Below, piece by piece: positions 41,333-51,086 of a stretch of 64,000 bases of DNA. The stretch is from Polyangiaceae bacterium (GTDB taxonomy: Bacteria > Myxococcota_A > Polyangia > Polyangiales > Polyangiaceae): contig JBILLK010000009.1 of NCBI GenBank assembly GCA_044376115.1, positions 290,578 through 354,577 on the forward strand, given 5' to 3'. The number at the start of each line of letters is the position of its first letter. The first letter of the stretch is position 1. The notes under the pieces were generated by a model. It did not search any database. It saw nothing but the letters and a program-made list of their open reading frames with translations, and was not told the origin of the DNA. A program made the translations under genes and the position numbers.

Positions 41333-41362
41333 AAGACCCCACCGGGCTACCGGATGGGGTCT
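41333..41362. terminator. Probable bidirectional terminator between rbfA and the convergent Cys-rich gene
   Basis: AAGACCCCA-CCGG-GCTA-CCGG-A-TGGGGTCTT hairpin. Confidence 0.65.
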
Positions 41363-41411
41363 TGGTCGTTCAAAAGCTCGTCACGCGGCTGCTAGGGCCG
41401 TTGACGGTCAA

Positions 41412-42485
41412 TCACATCGCTTCCGGGGGGATGCACTCGATGGTGCAGGTCTGGTCTTCGAAGCACCACTGCGAAACACCCCAGCCGGGAGGGCAAGGCG
41501 ACTCGGACGGGCATTCGTACCAGCACTGCTCGAACTCCGGCGGGACACCGGGCTCAGCGCCGCCCATTCCGCCGCCACCGGTGCCAGGGTCGCCACCGGA
41601 GCCGGCGCACACGAGCTGTGCAGGCGAGCCATCGGGACAGGTGTAGTCGACCGGTACGCACTCGATTGAGCAACCACCGCCCATGCCGTTCGGATCTTCC
41701 CAGCAGGTCTGCTGAGCTTGCGTCCCTGGCGGGCATTCATCGTAGATCGGCGTGCAGGTCTGGTAGCAGCCTTGCTCATCGCAGATGTAGTCGAGGTACG
41801 AATCGGGCGGACAGACCTCGGTCGGGATGCAGGTCTCGTAGCAGCCGTATTCGTCGCAGACGTAGTCAAGGTACGAGTCGGGCGGGCACGGATTGATCGG
41901 CGTGCAGGTCTCGTAGCAGCCCTGCTCATCGCAGATCGTCTCGAGGTACGCGTCGGGGCCGCAGGGATTGTCGGAGACGCAGTAGAGTTCGCAGTGGCCT
42001 TGTTCGGGCGACTCGGGATCACAACCCGGATCGCAGTACCACTCCTCGTGTGAGCCGGGCGGACACTGCGAAGTCGGGACGCACTCCGAGTAGCAGAACT
42101 CCTCTTGCGGATACGGCTCGGGAGCGCCGTCTTCAGAGCCTGCGTAGCCCTCACACACGACCTGCTCGACGGTGCCTTCGGGGCAGCCGGGGTCAACAGG
42201 GACGCACTCGATCCAGCATTGCTCCTCTTCGAAGATGAGCTCCTCGGGGTTCTGCGGATCCACACCGCCGCCGCCAGAACAAACCTGTTGTGCGACGCTG
42301 CCATCGGGGCAAATCGGCTCGGGTTGCTCGATCTCGACGCAGGACTGTCCGTCGAAATACGTGCCATCGGGGCACTCTTCACCGCCACCGAGATCGGGGC
42401 CACAGCCGTTGGTCTTCGCGCCGGTGAGCGCCATCACTGCAAACAACGAAACGACGGCCTTGAGGCCAGAAAAGCCTGATCGCAT
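41412..42485 (-). CDS. Secreted acidic Cys-rich repeat protein
   Basis: Signal peptide ending TNGC; many CPxG/D...C...C...C modules, three near-identical at 75-nt period. Confidence 0.8.
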   Translation of the reverse strand: MRSGFSGLKAVVSLFAVMALTGAKTNGCGPDLGGGEECPDGTYFDGQSCVEIEQPEPICPDGSVAQQVCSGGGGVDPQNPEELIFEEEQCWIECVPVDPGCPEGTVEQVVCEGYAGSEDGAPEPYPQEEFCYSECVPTSQCPPGSHEEWYCDPGCDPESPEQGHCELYCVSDNPCGPDAYLETICDEQGCYETCTPINPCPPDSYLDYVCDEYGCYETCIPTEVCPPDSYLDYICDEQGCYQTCTPIYDECPPGTQAQQTCWEDPNGMGGGCSIECVPVDYTCPDGSPAQLVCAGSGGDPGTGGGGMGGAEPGVPPEFEQCWYECPSESPCPPGWGVSQWCFEDQTCTIECIPPEAM

Positions 42486-42660
42486 AAGTCCCTCCTTGGG
42501 ATGTTGACGAACATTGCGCGCGAAGGTGATTGGCCGCGCCGTCGATGTTCTGTTGAGTCAATGCCCAGGGCCGCGTGGTTTGATCACGGCGATCACAATT
42601 TTCTTTTCGAATGTTTTCGAGGCCGGGAACAAGCCGCGCGTTGGCACGTTCCGGCGCACA

Positions 42661-42694
42661 AAACGAAACCGGGAGCCCCTTCGGACTCCCGGTC
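42661..42694 (-). terminator. Rho-independent terminator after the OmpA-family gene
   Basis: ACCGGGAG...CTCCCGGT stem; AAACGAA flank gives a U-rich tail on the minus strand. Confidence 0.7.
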
Positions 42695-42731
42695 TAGCGT
42701 CTGCGCTGTCTCCCTTCGCGGGAGCGGCTGA

Positions 42732-45191
42732 CTACTTCTTCTTGCCGATGATGAACTGCACGCGGCGGTTGCGCGAGCGGTTCGCCTCGGTGACGTTCGG
42801 AGCGAGCGGCTTGTCCTGGCCGTAGCCCTTGGCGGACAAGCGACCAGCCGAGATACCAGCCTTGATCAACCACTCGCGAACCGAGTTGGCGCGGGCCTCG
42901 GACAACCTCTGGTTGAGCTCGCGACCACCGGTGTTGTCGGTGTGACCCTGAATCTCGATCTGATCGAGGTTCGGGTTCTTCTGCAGCACCTCGGCGACCT
43001 CTTCGAGTAGCGCGCTCGACTGGCCGAGGATCTTCGCCGAGTCGGTCTCGAACAGGATCTTGTCACCGAGCTTGAGCTCGTTGCCTTGGATCTTCACGAG
43101 CGCGTTCTTCGGCCGCTTGTTGACGCTGAGGGTGGGCTTGGAGTCCTCGTTGGCGCGAACCTGCGTCGACGAGAGGTTGTTCATGAAGCCTGAGGCCTCG
43201 ACCTTCATGGTGACGTCGCCGGGCGGCAGACCTTCAGCCTTGAACTTACCAGCGCCGTCGGTGGTGGCCTTGCGCTCCTTACCGCTCGAGTCGGTGATGG
43301 TGACGATCGCGCCGGTCACCGGGCTGCCCGCGGAGGCATCCTTGACCACGCCCTCGATGTTGCCGGTGCGCGGCAACGCCTCGAGCACGCAATCCACGTC
43401 AGTGAAGCTCGGACCTTGCGGTTGCGGAGCCGGCTGCACCATCGTCGGGCCGCCGGGGAAGGTCGGCATCGGAGCGGGGGCGGCCGGACGCGGTGCCACC
43501 GTCGCGGTGCAGGTGCCCGGCTTGTAGCCCGGCGCCGAAATCTCGAACGTGTAGCTGCCCGGTTCAACGTGGCGCGAGAGGAAGCGGCCGTCAGCGCCGG
43601 TTGCAACCGGGGGCTGAACAGCGCCTTGGAAGGCGACGATCGCGTCGCCGATGCCCTCGCTCTTGCCTTGCTCGTGCACGAGGCCACGAACGAAGCTTTG
43701 CGGAGCCGGCAGTACGACCGGCGGCGGCGGGGGCAACTGGACCGCGGGCTTCTCGACCGGGCGCGACTTGGTATCGAAGGCGTAGCCCAAGCCGAGGAAG
43801 AGCGACCACGGTGCTGTGGGTGCAACCTCCTCAATGAATGAGCTGGTGCCCGACGTCCCGACCTCGAAGGCGACCAAGGCCGACAGGCCGCGGAAGCCGT
43901 CCGTCCCCTTGATGGCTTGGAACGGGCTCACCCGCGTACCGAGGCCGAGCCGCGACGGGATGTACGAGAAGCCGGCAGCGGAGCCCGCCGAATCCGAAAG
44001 ATCGGTCAGGCCGAGGCACACGTCGCCGCGCGAAACGCGGTTCGTGTGGCACTCATAACCCTGACGATTCACCGGCACGTCCACGCTCCACTCGACGAAG
44101 GGCTGGATGAAGGAGAAGGGAACTTCCACACCGAGCTTGGTCTGGAAGAAGTCCACCTTGTTGATGCCGAGGCCGAAGCGCTCGATGCGGCTGATGGGCT
44201 GGAAATCCCGGCCGTCATTGAAGTTCTCAGCGCGGGCGGCCTCCACGGCCTCCACGGCCTTGCCGGAGTTGTCCACTTTGTAGCCAAGGTTCAAGTTGGC
44301 TCGGATCGGGATGTTGCTCTTCAGCTGACGGCCGTCGAACGTACCGTTGATGCGGATGTCTGCGCTGGTTGCGCCGCCTGCGACGCCGACGTCGCCGGTG
44401 CCGTTCAGCAGCAGCAGCTGCACTTCACCGCCGACCTGCATCGGGCCGATCAACCCAGCGGGCGTGAAGCCCTTCACGCCGATGGTGGTGTCGCCGAGGA
44501 CCTGCAACAGCTGCGGTGCGCCCTCCGAGTTGGAGTTGGCGTAGGTGCGCAACGAAGCGTACGCCTCGAGGAAGCTGAAGGGCGTCGCGTTCAGCGAGAA
44601 GAAGCCACCGACGTGCGAGGCCTCGTCGTTGTTGTTGGCGCCGCTGCAGGTGATGGGCACGCCCGCCTCGGTCGAGTCGGCGTTGTCACAGAGGAAGCCG
44701 CTCGAGGTGAACCAATCGAATTGGAAGCCGACGCGGAAGGTGCCGGGAGCGCCCGAGCCCGCGAAGTGCGAGCGCAAGAGACCGGTCGAGCCGTCCAGGC
44801 TGTTCTGCGTGATCAGCGAGAGTTCACGCTCTTTCCACTTGGCGTCTTCACTCTTCTCGGCCTTGGGAGCCGTGCCCGCCATGCCGGCTTGAGCGCCAAA
44901 CTGCGGGTTCTGGCCGTTGCCAGCCTGGAAGTTACCGCGCGGTTGGATGAAGGTGCCCTGCGGAGGCTGGCCCTGCGGAGGCTGGCCCTGCGGGGGCTGA
45001 CCCTGCGGAGGCTGACCCTGCGGAGGCTGCCCTTGCGGAGGCTGGCCCGGGGGCGCGACGGGCGCGCCAGGAACCGGGGGGGCTCCGGGAGTAGGTCCGG
45101 GCTGTTGAGCCGACGCGATGCTCGCGACGGGGACAGACGCCAGAAGAAGGGTAAGGGCAGACGACCTCGCCAAAGATCTCGTTGTTCGCAT
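42732..45191 (-). CDS. OmpA-family outer-membrane protein with beta-barrel, two carboxypeptidase-regulatory-like domains and OmpA_C
   Basis: Signal peptide, PPQGQ repeats, barrel-like region ending LGLGYAF, IEIQGHTD...NQRLSEARANSV...GYG...NRRVQF. Confidence 0.88.
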   Translation of the reverse strand: MRTTRSLARSSALTLLLASVPVASIASAQQPGPTPGAPPVPGAPVAPPGQPPQGQPPQGQPPQGQPPQGQPPQGQPPQGTFIQPRGNFQAGNGQNPQFGAQAGMAGTAPKAEKSEDAKWKERELSLITQNSLDGSTGLLRSHFAGSGAPGTFRVGFQFDWFTSSGFLCDNADSTEAGVPITCSGANNNDEASHVGGFFSLNATPFSFLEAYASLRTYANSNSEGAPQLLQVLGDTTIGVKGFTPAGLIGPMQVGGEVQLLLLNGTGDVGVAGGATSADIRINGTFDGRQLKSNIPIRANLNLGYKVDNSGKAVEAVEAARAENFNDGRDFQPISRIERFGLGINKVDFFQTKLGVEVPFSFIQPFVEWSVDVPVNRQGYECHTNRVSRGDVCLGLTDLSDSAGSAAGFSYIPSRLGLGTRVSPFQAIKGTDGFRGLSALVAFEVGTSGTSSFIEEVAPTAPWSLFLGLGYAFDTKSRPVEKPAVQLPPPPPVVLPAPQSFVRGLVHEQGKSEGIGDAIVAFQGAVQPPVATGADGRFLSRHVEPGSYTFEISAPGYKPGTCTATVAPRPAAPAPMPTFPGGPTMVQPAPQPQGPSFTDVDCVLEALPRTGNIEGVVKDASAGSPVTGAIVTITDSSGKERKATTDGAGKFKAEGLPPGDVTMKVEASGFMNNLSSTQVRANEDSKPTLSVNKRPKNALVKIQGNELKLGDKILFETDSAKILGQSSALLEEVAEVLQKNPNLDQIEIQGHTDNTGGRELNQRLSEARANSVREWLIKAGISAGRLSAKGYGQDKPLAPNVTEANRSRNRRVQFIIGKKK
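44957..45046 (-). repeat. 15-nt coding tandem repeat (PPQGQ x5-6)
   Basis: Repeated CCCTGCGGAGGCTG(G/A) units. Confidence 0.85.
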
Positions 45192-45370
45192 CGTTGCTCC
45201 GACAGTCGGGGATGACGTGGGTCGGACTTGTACCACCTTTTGCTGAAATGCCAGAACAAGCTTCGTCAATTCGATGACGCCGACCGTTTAGCCGCCGACC
45301 GTTTAGCGGTTGTTCGCCTGTGGCCCGCTTTGATTCAAGCCCCGGCGGATCTGGTGTACTGCCTTGCGCC

Positions 45371-46765
45371 ATGAGGGCTCGCGCCCGAATTCTCATCGTC
45401 GACGACGAAGCCAACGCCCGCGCCGCCCTCTCAGAGATCCTCCAGGAGGAGGGCTACAGCACGGACGTCGCGGCCGACGGCTTCAAGGCGCTCGGCAAGA
45501 TGAGCGACTTCCTGCCCGACGTCGTGCTCACCGACCTGAAGATGCCCGGCCTCGACGGCATCGGCTTGATGGAGAAGGCCCAAGCTTCGAGCCCCACCGC
45601 CACCTTCGTGGTAATGACCGCCTTCGGCTCCATCCCCAACGCCGTGCTGGCGGTCCAAAAAGGCGCCTACGACTACCTGGCCAAGCCGCTCGACTTCGGC
45701 GTGCTCCTCCCGGTGATCGAGCGGGCCGTGGAGCGCTCCAAGCTGCTGCAAGAGAACGCGCGGCTGCGCGACAAACTGCGCGAGAAGAACCCCGAGTCGC
45801 AGCTGGTCGGGGAGCACCCGCGCATGGTCGAGCTGGTCAAGCTCGCCGAGCAGATCGCCAAGAGCCGAACCACAGCGCTGATCGTCGGCGAGACCGGCAC
45901 CGGCAAAGAGCTGGTTGCAGCGCTGATTCACCGCGAGAGCCCGCGCAACAAGAAGCCCTTCGTACGGCTCAACTGCGCCGCGCTCAGCGAGTCGGTGCTC
46001 GAGAGCGAGCTCTTCGGGCACGAGCGTGGGGCCTTCACCGGCGCTGTGGCCCGGCGTGAAGGGCGCTTCGAGCAGGCCGACGGCGGCACGCTCTTGCTCG
46101 ACGAAGTCAGCGAAATCCCGCTGGCGACGCAGGTCAAGCTGCTGCGCGTATTGCAAGAGCGCGCCTTCGAACGGGTGGGCGGCAACGAGACGCTGCAGGT
46201 CGACGTACGCATCTTGGCAGCCTCCAACCGCGACCTCCCCCAGCGCATCCGCGAGGGGCTCTTTCGCGAGGACCTCTACTACCGCCTCAACGTCTTCACG
46301 CTCGAGGTGCCGGCGCTGCGTGAGCGCGCGAGCGACATCCCGCTCCTGGCCGGCTTCTTCGCGCGGCGCTTCGCCGAGGAGAACCACAAGCCGATCGAAG
46401 GCTTCACCGACGGCGCCCGCGCCGCGTTGATGGCCTACGGCTGGCCGGGCAACGTGCGCGAGCTCGAGAACGTCGTAGAGCGAGCGATCGTCCTTTGCGA
46501 TGGGCCGCTGATCAGCGAACGCCACCTGCCCGCATCGCTAACGCCGGGCGCCCGCGAAGACGCCGCGCCGGTGATCCCCGGTGCCACCATCGCCGAGCTC
46601 GAGCGCCACGCGATCCTCAAGACGCTGGAGGTCTGTCACGGCTCCACCACCCGCGCCGCCGCCATCCTCGGCATCAGCCCGCGCAAGGTGCAGTACAAAC
46701 TGCGCGAGTATTCGCTGGGTGCGGGCGAGGTACCGCCGCCGCGGGACTCCGAGTCGAAGCGCTGA
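45371..46765 (+). CDS. Sigma-54-dependent response regulator (NtrC/AtoC family)
   Basis: REC domain (VDDE, TDLKMP), [39 protein letters not shown], Fis HTH. Confidence 0.95.
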   Translation: MRARARILIVDDEANARAALSEILQEEGYSTDVAADGFKALGKMSDFLPDVVLTDLKMPGLDGIGLMEKAQASSPTATFVVMTAFGSIPNAVLAVQKGAYDYLAKPLDFGVLLPVIERAVERSKLLQENARLRDKLREKNPESQLVGEHPRMVELVKLAEQIAKSRTTALIVGETGTGKELVAALIHRESPRNKKPFVRLNCAALSESVLESELFGHERGAFTGAVARREGRFEQADGGTLLLDEVSEIPLATQVKLLRVLQERAFERVGGNETLQVDVRILAASNRDLPQRIREGLFREDLYYRLNVFTLEVPALRERASDIPLLAGFFARRFAEENHKPIEGFTDGARAALMAYGWPGNVRELENVVERAIVLCDGPLISERHLPASLTPGAREDAAPVIPGATIAELERHAILKTLEVCHGSTTRAAAILGISPRKVQYKLREYSLGAGEVPPPRDSESKR

Positions 46766-46846
46766 GTTCGTGCAGCCCTTCGCCGGCCGCACCGCGCCGA
46801 CCTCTCGGTAGCTATCTCCACGGCTTTTCGCTAAATCTGCCAGGCA

Positions 46847-47772
<926 letters not shown>

Positions 47773-47776
<4 letters not shown>

Positions 47777-48993
47777 CCACGCGAAGCTGGTTGCTGCTCG
47801 TGGGTGGGCTTGTTTTGGGTTGCAGCAGCAAGCTGCAGGAGCCAGAGACCGGCCCCGCAATCGCAGCCACCTCGACGAACAGCGCAGTGGCCAGCGCGCA
47901 GACCGCGTCCTCCGCCAGCGCAACCTCAGTTCCCGCAGCCGTCCCAGCGCTGCCGGCTCGCGAGCTGACCGTGGGGGCGGGCTTCGCCGTGCGCGTTGAA
48001 CCAAAGGGGCCGTCGCAGCTCGAAGTCTCGGTCAGGCCGCCGAAAGCGCTGCTCGGCAGGTGGGGGCTGCAGCTCGAGCGCACCGATGCGGAGGGCGTCA
48101 CGGTTAGCGAAAGTCTCGTCGCGGCTCGCACCACGAGCCTGCATTCGGCCAAGCCGGGCGCCGTCTACCGCTACCGTTTCCGCGTCGGTACGAGCGACTG
48201 GTCCGAGTTCGTGGAGGCCCGCACCGCCATCCCCACGCGACCACCGCCGGCACCGTCCAGCTTGCAGGGCCAGGCGAAGGACGCGTTCAGTTTGCAACTC
48301 GGCTGGCAGGCCGATGCGAGCGAGGTAGCCGGCTTCGAGATCGAACGAACGTCGGAGCTCGGCACACGCCGCTCGGCCCTGGTGGATCCCGACAAGCGCG
48401 GCTACCTCTTGAAGGGCCGCCGGCCCGGCTCAAAGACCAGCTACCGCGTGCGCGCGTTCAACGCCGCTGGGGTCTCCGGCTGGTCGCCGCAAGTGGAGGT
48501 CACGGTGCCGAAGCTCGGGCCCACGCCTGCGCTTTCGAAGACGCTCGGCCCCTGCCTGACGTTGCCCGCCGTGGCGCCCGAGGCCTTCGGGATCGGTCGC
48601 AGTGAGATTCGACCACCGCCCGAAGAATTGATCAACGAACCGGCGGGTAGCGGGACCGATCGCAAGCTGATCGGCCGGGCCAACGGCTGTTTGCGTTTGC
48701 TCGGCAGCATCGCCGCGCAAGCCGACATCTCCATCGTTCAAGCGGTTGACCCCGAACCCTACCCGCTGCTTTCGGCCATCCTCGGCGCGGGCCAGGAGGG
48801 CGCGGCCTTCGCCGTCTTGCGCTTCAACGGCCGGAAGTACGAGAACGTCCATCAGGTTGGCGTGTGCGGGGAATTCATCCCGCCGGAAGGTCCCTCGCTG
48901 AGCGCCGGCTGGAAAGACAACGGCGACGATCCGAAGGCCTTTCAGCCGCCCTTCGAGGCTTGCCAGGAGGAGATCGACCTCGGCCCGCAGTGA
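47773..48993 (+). CDS. Lipoprotein with fibronectin type III domains
   Basis: VLGC lipobox; PPAPSSL...LGW...FEIER...YRVRAFNAAGVSGWS. Confidence 0.8.
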
Positions 48994-49011
48994 AGCTACT
49001 CTCGCCCAACG

Positions 49012-50082
49012 ATGGGGAAGAGCAAGAGCGCGAAGAAGGAAAACGTTGGCGCAGACCAACGTGAGGACGCGGCAACGAGCGCGGAGCCGGAGAACGCTGG
49101 GGAGGCCTCTGAGACGAACACCCCCGAGGCTGCAAAAGCCTCCAAGCCGCCCAAGGCTGCCAAGGCCTCCAAGACGAAGGAGCCCAAGGCTGCAAAGGCC
49201 TCCAAGGCGAAGGAGCCCAAGGCGGCCAAGGAGCCCAAGGCTGCGAAGGAGCCCAAGGCTGCCAAGGCTTCGAAGCCGCCCAAGGCAGCGAAGGCCCCCA
49301 AGGCTGCGAAGACGGCCAAATCCGTTAGCAAAAAATCCAAAGCTGCCAAGCCCACGGGCTTGCTCGACAGCGATCGCGAGCTGCTGCTTTCCCTCGATCA
49401 GCGCTTCACCGAACGGCCGGACTTTGGGATCGCGACCGTGCTCGATGAGGCGCGGCATCTCGAGGTGATCGTCAAGAAGCTCGGTTCGGAGCTGGTCAAA
49501 GGCGCGGGCCTCGACAAGAACGTGCGCAGCGAGCTGAACCAACGGCGCGCGCGTTTGGACCAAGCCGAGAGCGCGTGGCTCGAGCTGCGCTCGCGCGCCA
49601 TCCCGCGCGATATCCTCAAGCTGCGCAGCGCGGCCGAACGGCTGAAGCGCGACGCGTTCGCGGCGCTGCGCTACTTCGTCGCCGAGGACGCCGACGTGCA
49701 GTTGCGCCTGGACGAGATCTACGAGGGCGGCGGCGATGCCGACTTGATCGACGATCTGCGCAAGCTGGCCGACCTCAGCGAAGCGCATGCGGCGCTGCTA
49801 GCGCCTGCGGATCTGCCCAAGGAGCCGGTGAACAAGCTGCGTGAGACCGCTCAGCTGTTGGCCGACGCCAGCGCCGAACGCGCGGTGGATCCCGACGCCG
49901 CAGCGGCGATTGGCCTGCGTGACCGTGCCTATTGGCACTTGCGTGCGCTGATGGACCAACTCCGGGGCGCAGGCCGCTACGTCTATCGCGACGACCCCAA
50001 GCTCCTGCCGCTGTTCCGAGCCACCTCCACGCGGGCGCAACGAGCGTCTCGCGCGCGGAACAGCGACGCCAGCAGCGGCTGA
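49012..50082 (+). CDS. Hypothetical protein: histone-H1-like (KEPKAA) repeat region plus all-alpha C-terminal domain
   Basis: PKAAKASK/KEPKAA repeats; helical domain ending LRDRAYWHL...IR/LRGAGRYVYRDDP. Confidence 0.78.
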   Translation: MGKSKSAKKENVGADQREDAATSAEPENAGEASETNTPEAAKASKPPKAAKASKTKEPKAAKASKAKEPKAAKEPKAAKEPKAAKASKPPKAAKAPKAAKTAKSVSKKSKAAKPTGLLDSDRELLLSLDQRFTERPDFGIATVLDEARHLEVIVKKLGSELVKGAGLDKNVRSELNQRRARLDQAESAWLELRSRAIPRDILKLRSAAERLKRDAFAALRYFVAEDADVQLRLDEIYEGGGDADLIDDLRKLADLSEAHAALLAPADLPKEPVNKLRETAQLLADASAERAVDPDAAAAIGLRDRAYWHLRALMDQLRGAGRYVYRDDPKLLPLFRATSTRAQRASRARNSDASSG

Positions 50083-50112
50083 AGCACAACGCCGCGCGAG
50101 CACGAGAAGGGC

Positions 50113-50369
50113 AGCGACGTGTCGCAGGCTGGGTGGCCTGCGGCCGCTGGGCGCGACATTGCGGCGAGTCTCGCCGTGAGAGCGGGCGATGTGTCGCAGG
50201 CTGGGTGGTCAGCAGGAGCAAGGCGCGAGGTAGGCGCGACATTGCGGCGAGTCTCGCCGTGAGAGCGGGCGATGTGTCGCAGGCTGGGTGGTCAGCAGGA
50301 GCAAGGCGCGAGGTGGGCGCGACATTGCGGCGAGTCTCGCCGTGAGAGCGGGCGATGTGTCGCAGGCTG
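50113..50369. repeat. 83-bp tandem palindromic (REP-like) repeat, about 3 copies
   Basis: GCGCGACATTGCGGCGAGTCTCGCCGTGAGAGCGGGCGATGTGTCGCAGGCTG starts at 50151, 50234, 50317. Confidence 0.9.
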
Positions 50370-50388
50370 CGGGCGACCAGAAACGATG

Positions 50389-50422
50389 AAAACCCCGATC
50401 TCGCGTACGAGATCGGGTTTTT
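50389..50422. terminator. Bidirectional terminator-like hairpin
   Basis: AAAACCCCGATCTCG-CGTA-CGAGATCGGGTTTTT between convergent genes. Confidence 0.7.
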
Positions 50423-50543
50423 GGCTTCGAAGATCGAGGTTTTGGCTTCGAAGATCGAGGTTTTGGCTTCGAAGATCGAGGTTTTGGCTTCGAAGATCGG
50501 GTTTTTGGCTTCGAAGATCGAGGTTTTGGCTTCGAAGATCGAG
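50411..50543. repeat. 21-bp tandem repeat array, 6 full units plus a partial
   Basis: GATCG(A/G)G(G/T)TTTTGGCTTCGAA at 50411, 50432, 50453, 50474, 50495, 50516. Confidence 0.95.
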
Positions 50544-50551
50544 CCGCGGGC

Positions 50552-51034
50552 TTACTTGGGGTCGTCGGTGACGCAGTAGCCGCGCGGGCGGCCCAGGTAG
50601 TTGGCGCACAGGCCGATGGCGCAGTCGCTGTCGGCTTTGCACGGCTGGACGTAGCAACCTTGTTCGGCGCAGGGGAACATGCCGCAGTGTTTGCGGTCGC
50701 GGCGGCGCTGGGCGTCGGGGGTGCAGCTGCAGCCGGCCCAGGCGGTGTAGTCGCCGGTGGCGGCGCTGCTGCGCTCGTCGAAGGTGGGGCAGCTGTGGGA
50801 GGCTTGCGCTGGTTGCGGGGGGAGGGGAGCGGCGGTGGGGAGGCCTGGCTGCGGCGCGGCGCCTGGCTGTGAGGCGACGGTAGCGCCGGTAGGACCGCCA
50901 CTGCCGTTGAGCTCAGTAGGGCCTGCAGGCCCGCCATTGCCGCTCAGCGGCGCATCCGGCCGCGGCGTGCTGCAGGCGAAGGTCAGGCTCACGAGCAGCA
51001 GGTTGAAGGTCGCTCGGGGTCGATTGAAACGCAC
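50552..51034 (-). CDS. Small lipoprotein with Cys-rich C-terminal domain
   Basis: LTFAC lipobox, Pro-rich linker, C...CSC...CGMFPC...C...PCKADSDC...C...C. Confidence 0.7.
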   Translation of the reverse strand: MRFNRPRATFNLLLVSLTFACSTPRPDAPLSGNGGPAGPTELNGSGGPTGATVASQPGAAPQPGLPTAAPLPPQPAQASHSCPTFDERSSAATGDYTAWAGCSCTPDAQRRRDRKHCGMFPCAEQGCYVQPCKADSDCAIGLCANYLGRPRGYCVTDDPK

Positions 51035-51086
51035 CGCCGCACGCTAGCAGGTGTGCGTCGCTGCCCGCGAACGCTAGGCTTCGCGA

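Noticed and set aside
42641..42658. Sigma-54 promoter TTGGCACG
   Set aside because: GG-to-GC spacing is 11 rather than 10, and it points antisense into the end of the OmpA gene.
41412..45191. TraA/TraB kin-recognition pair
   Set aside because: Gene order is reversed, a terminator separates them, and I see no TSP3 repeats, PA14-like domain or MYXO-CTERM.
50411..50543. CRISPR array or a coiled-coil gene (IEVLASK)n
   Set aside because: No spacers; the ORF starts inside another repeat, has no clear RBS and spans a terminator-like hairpin.
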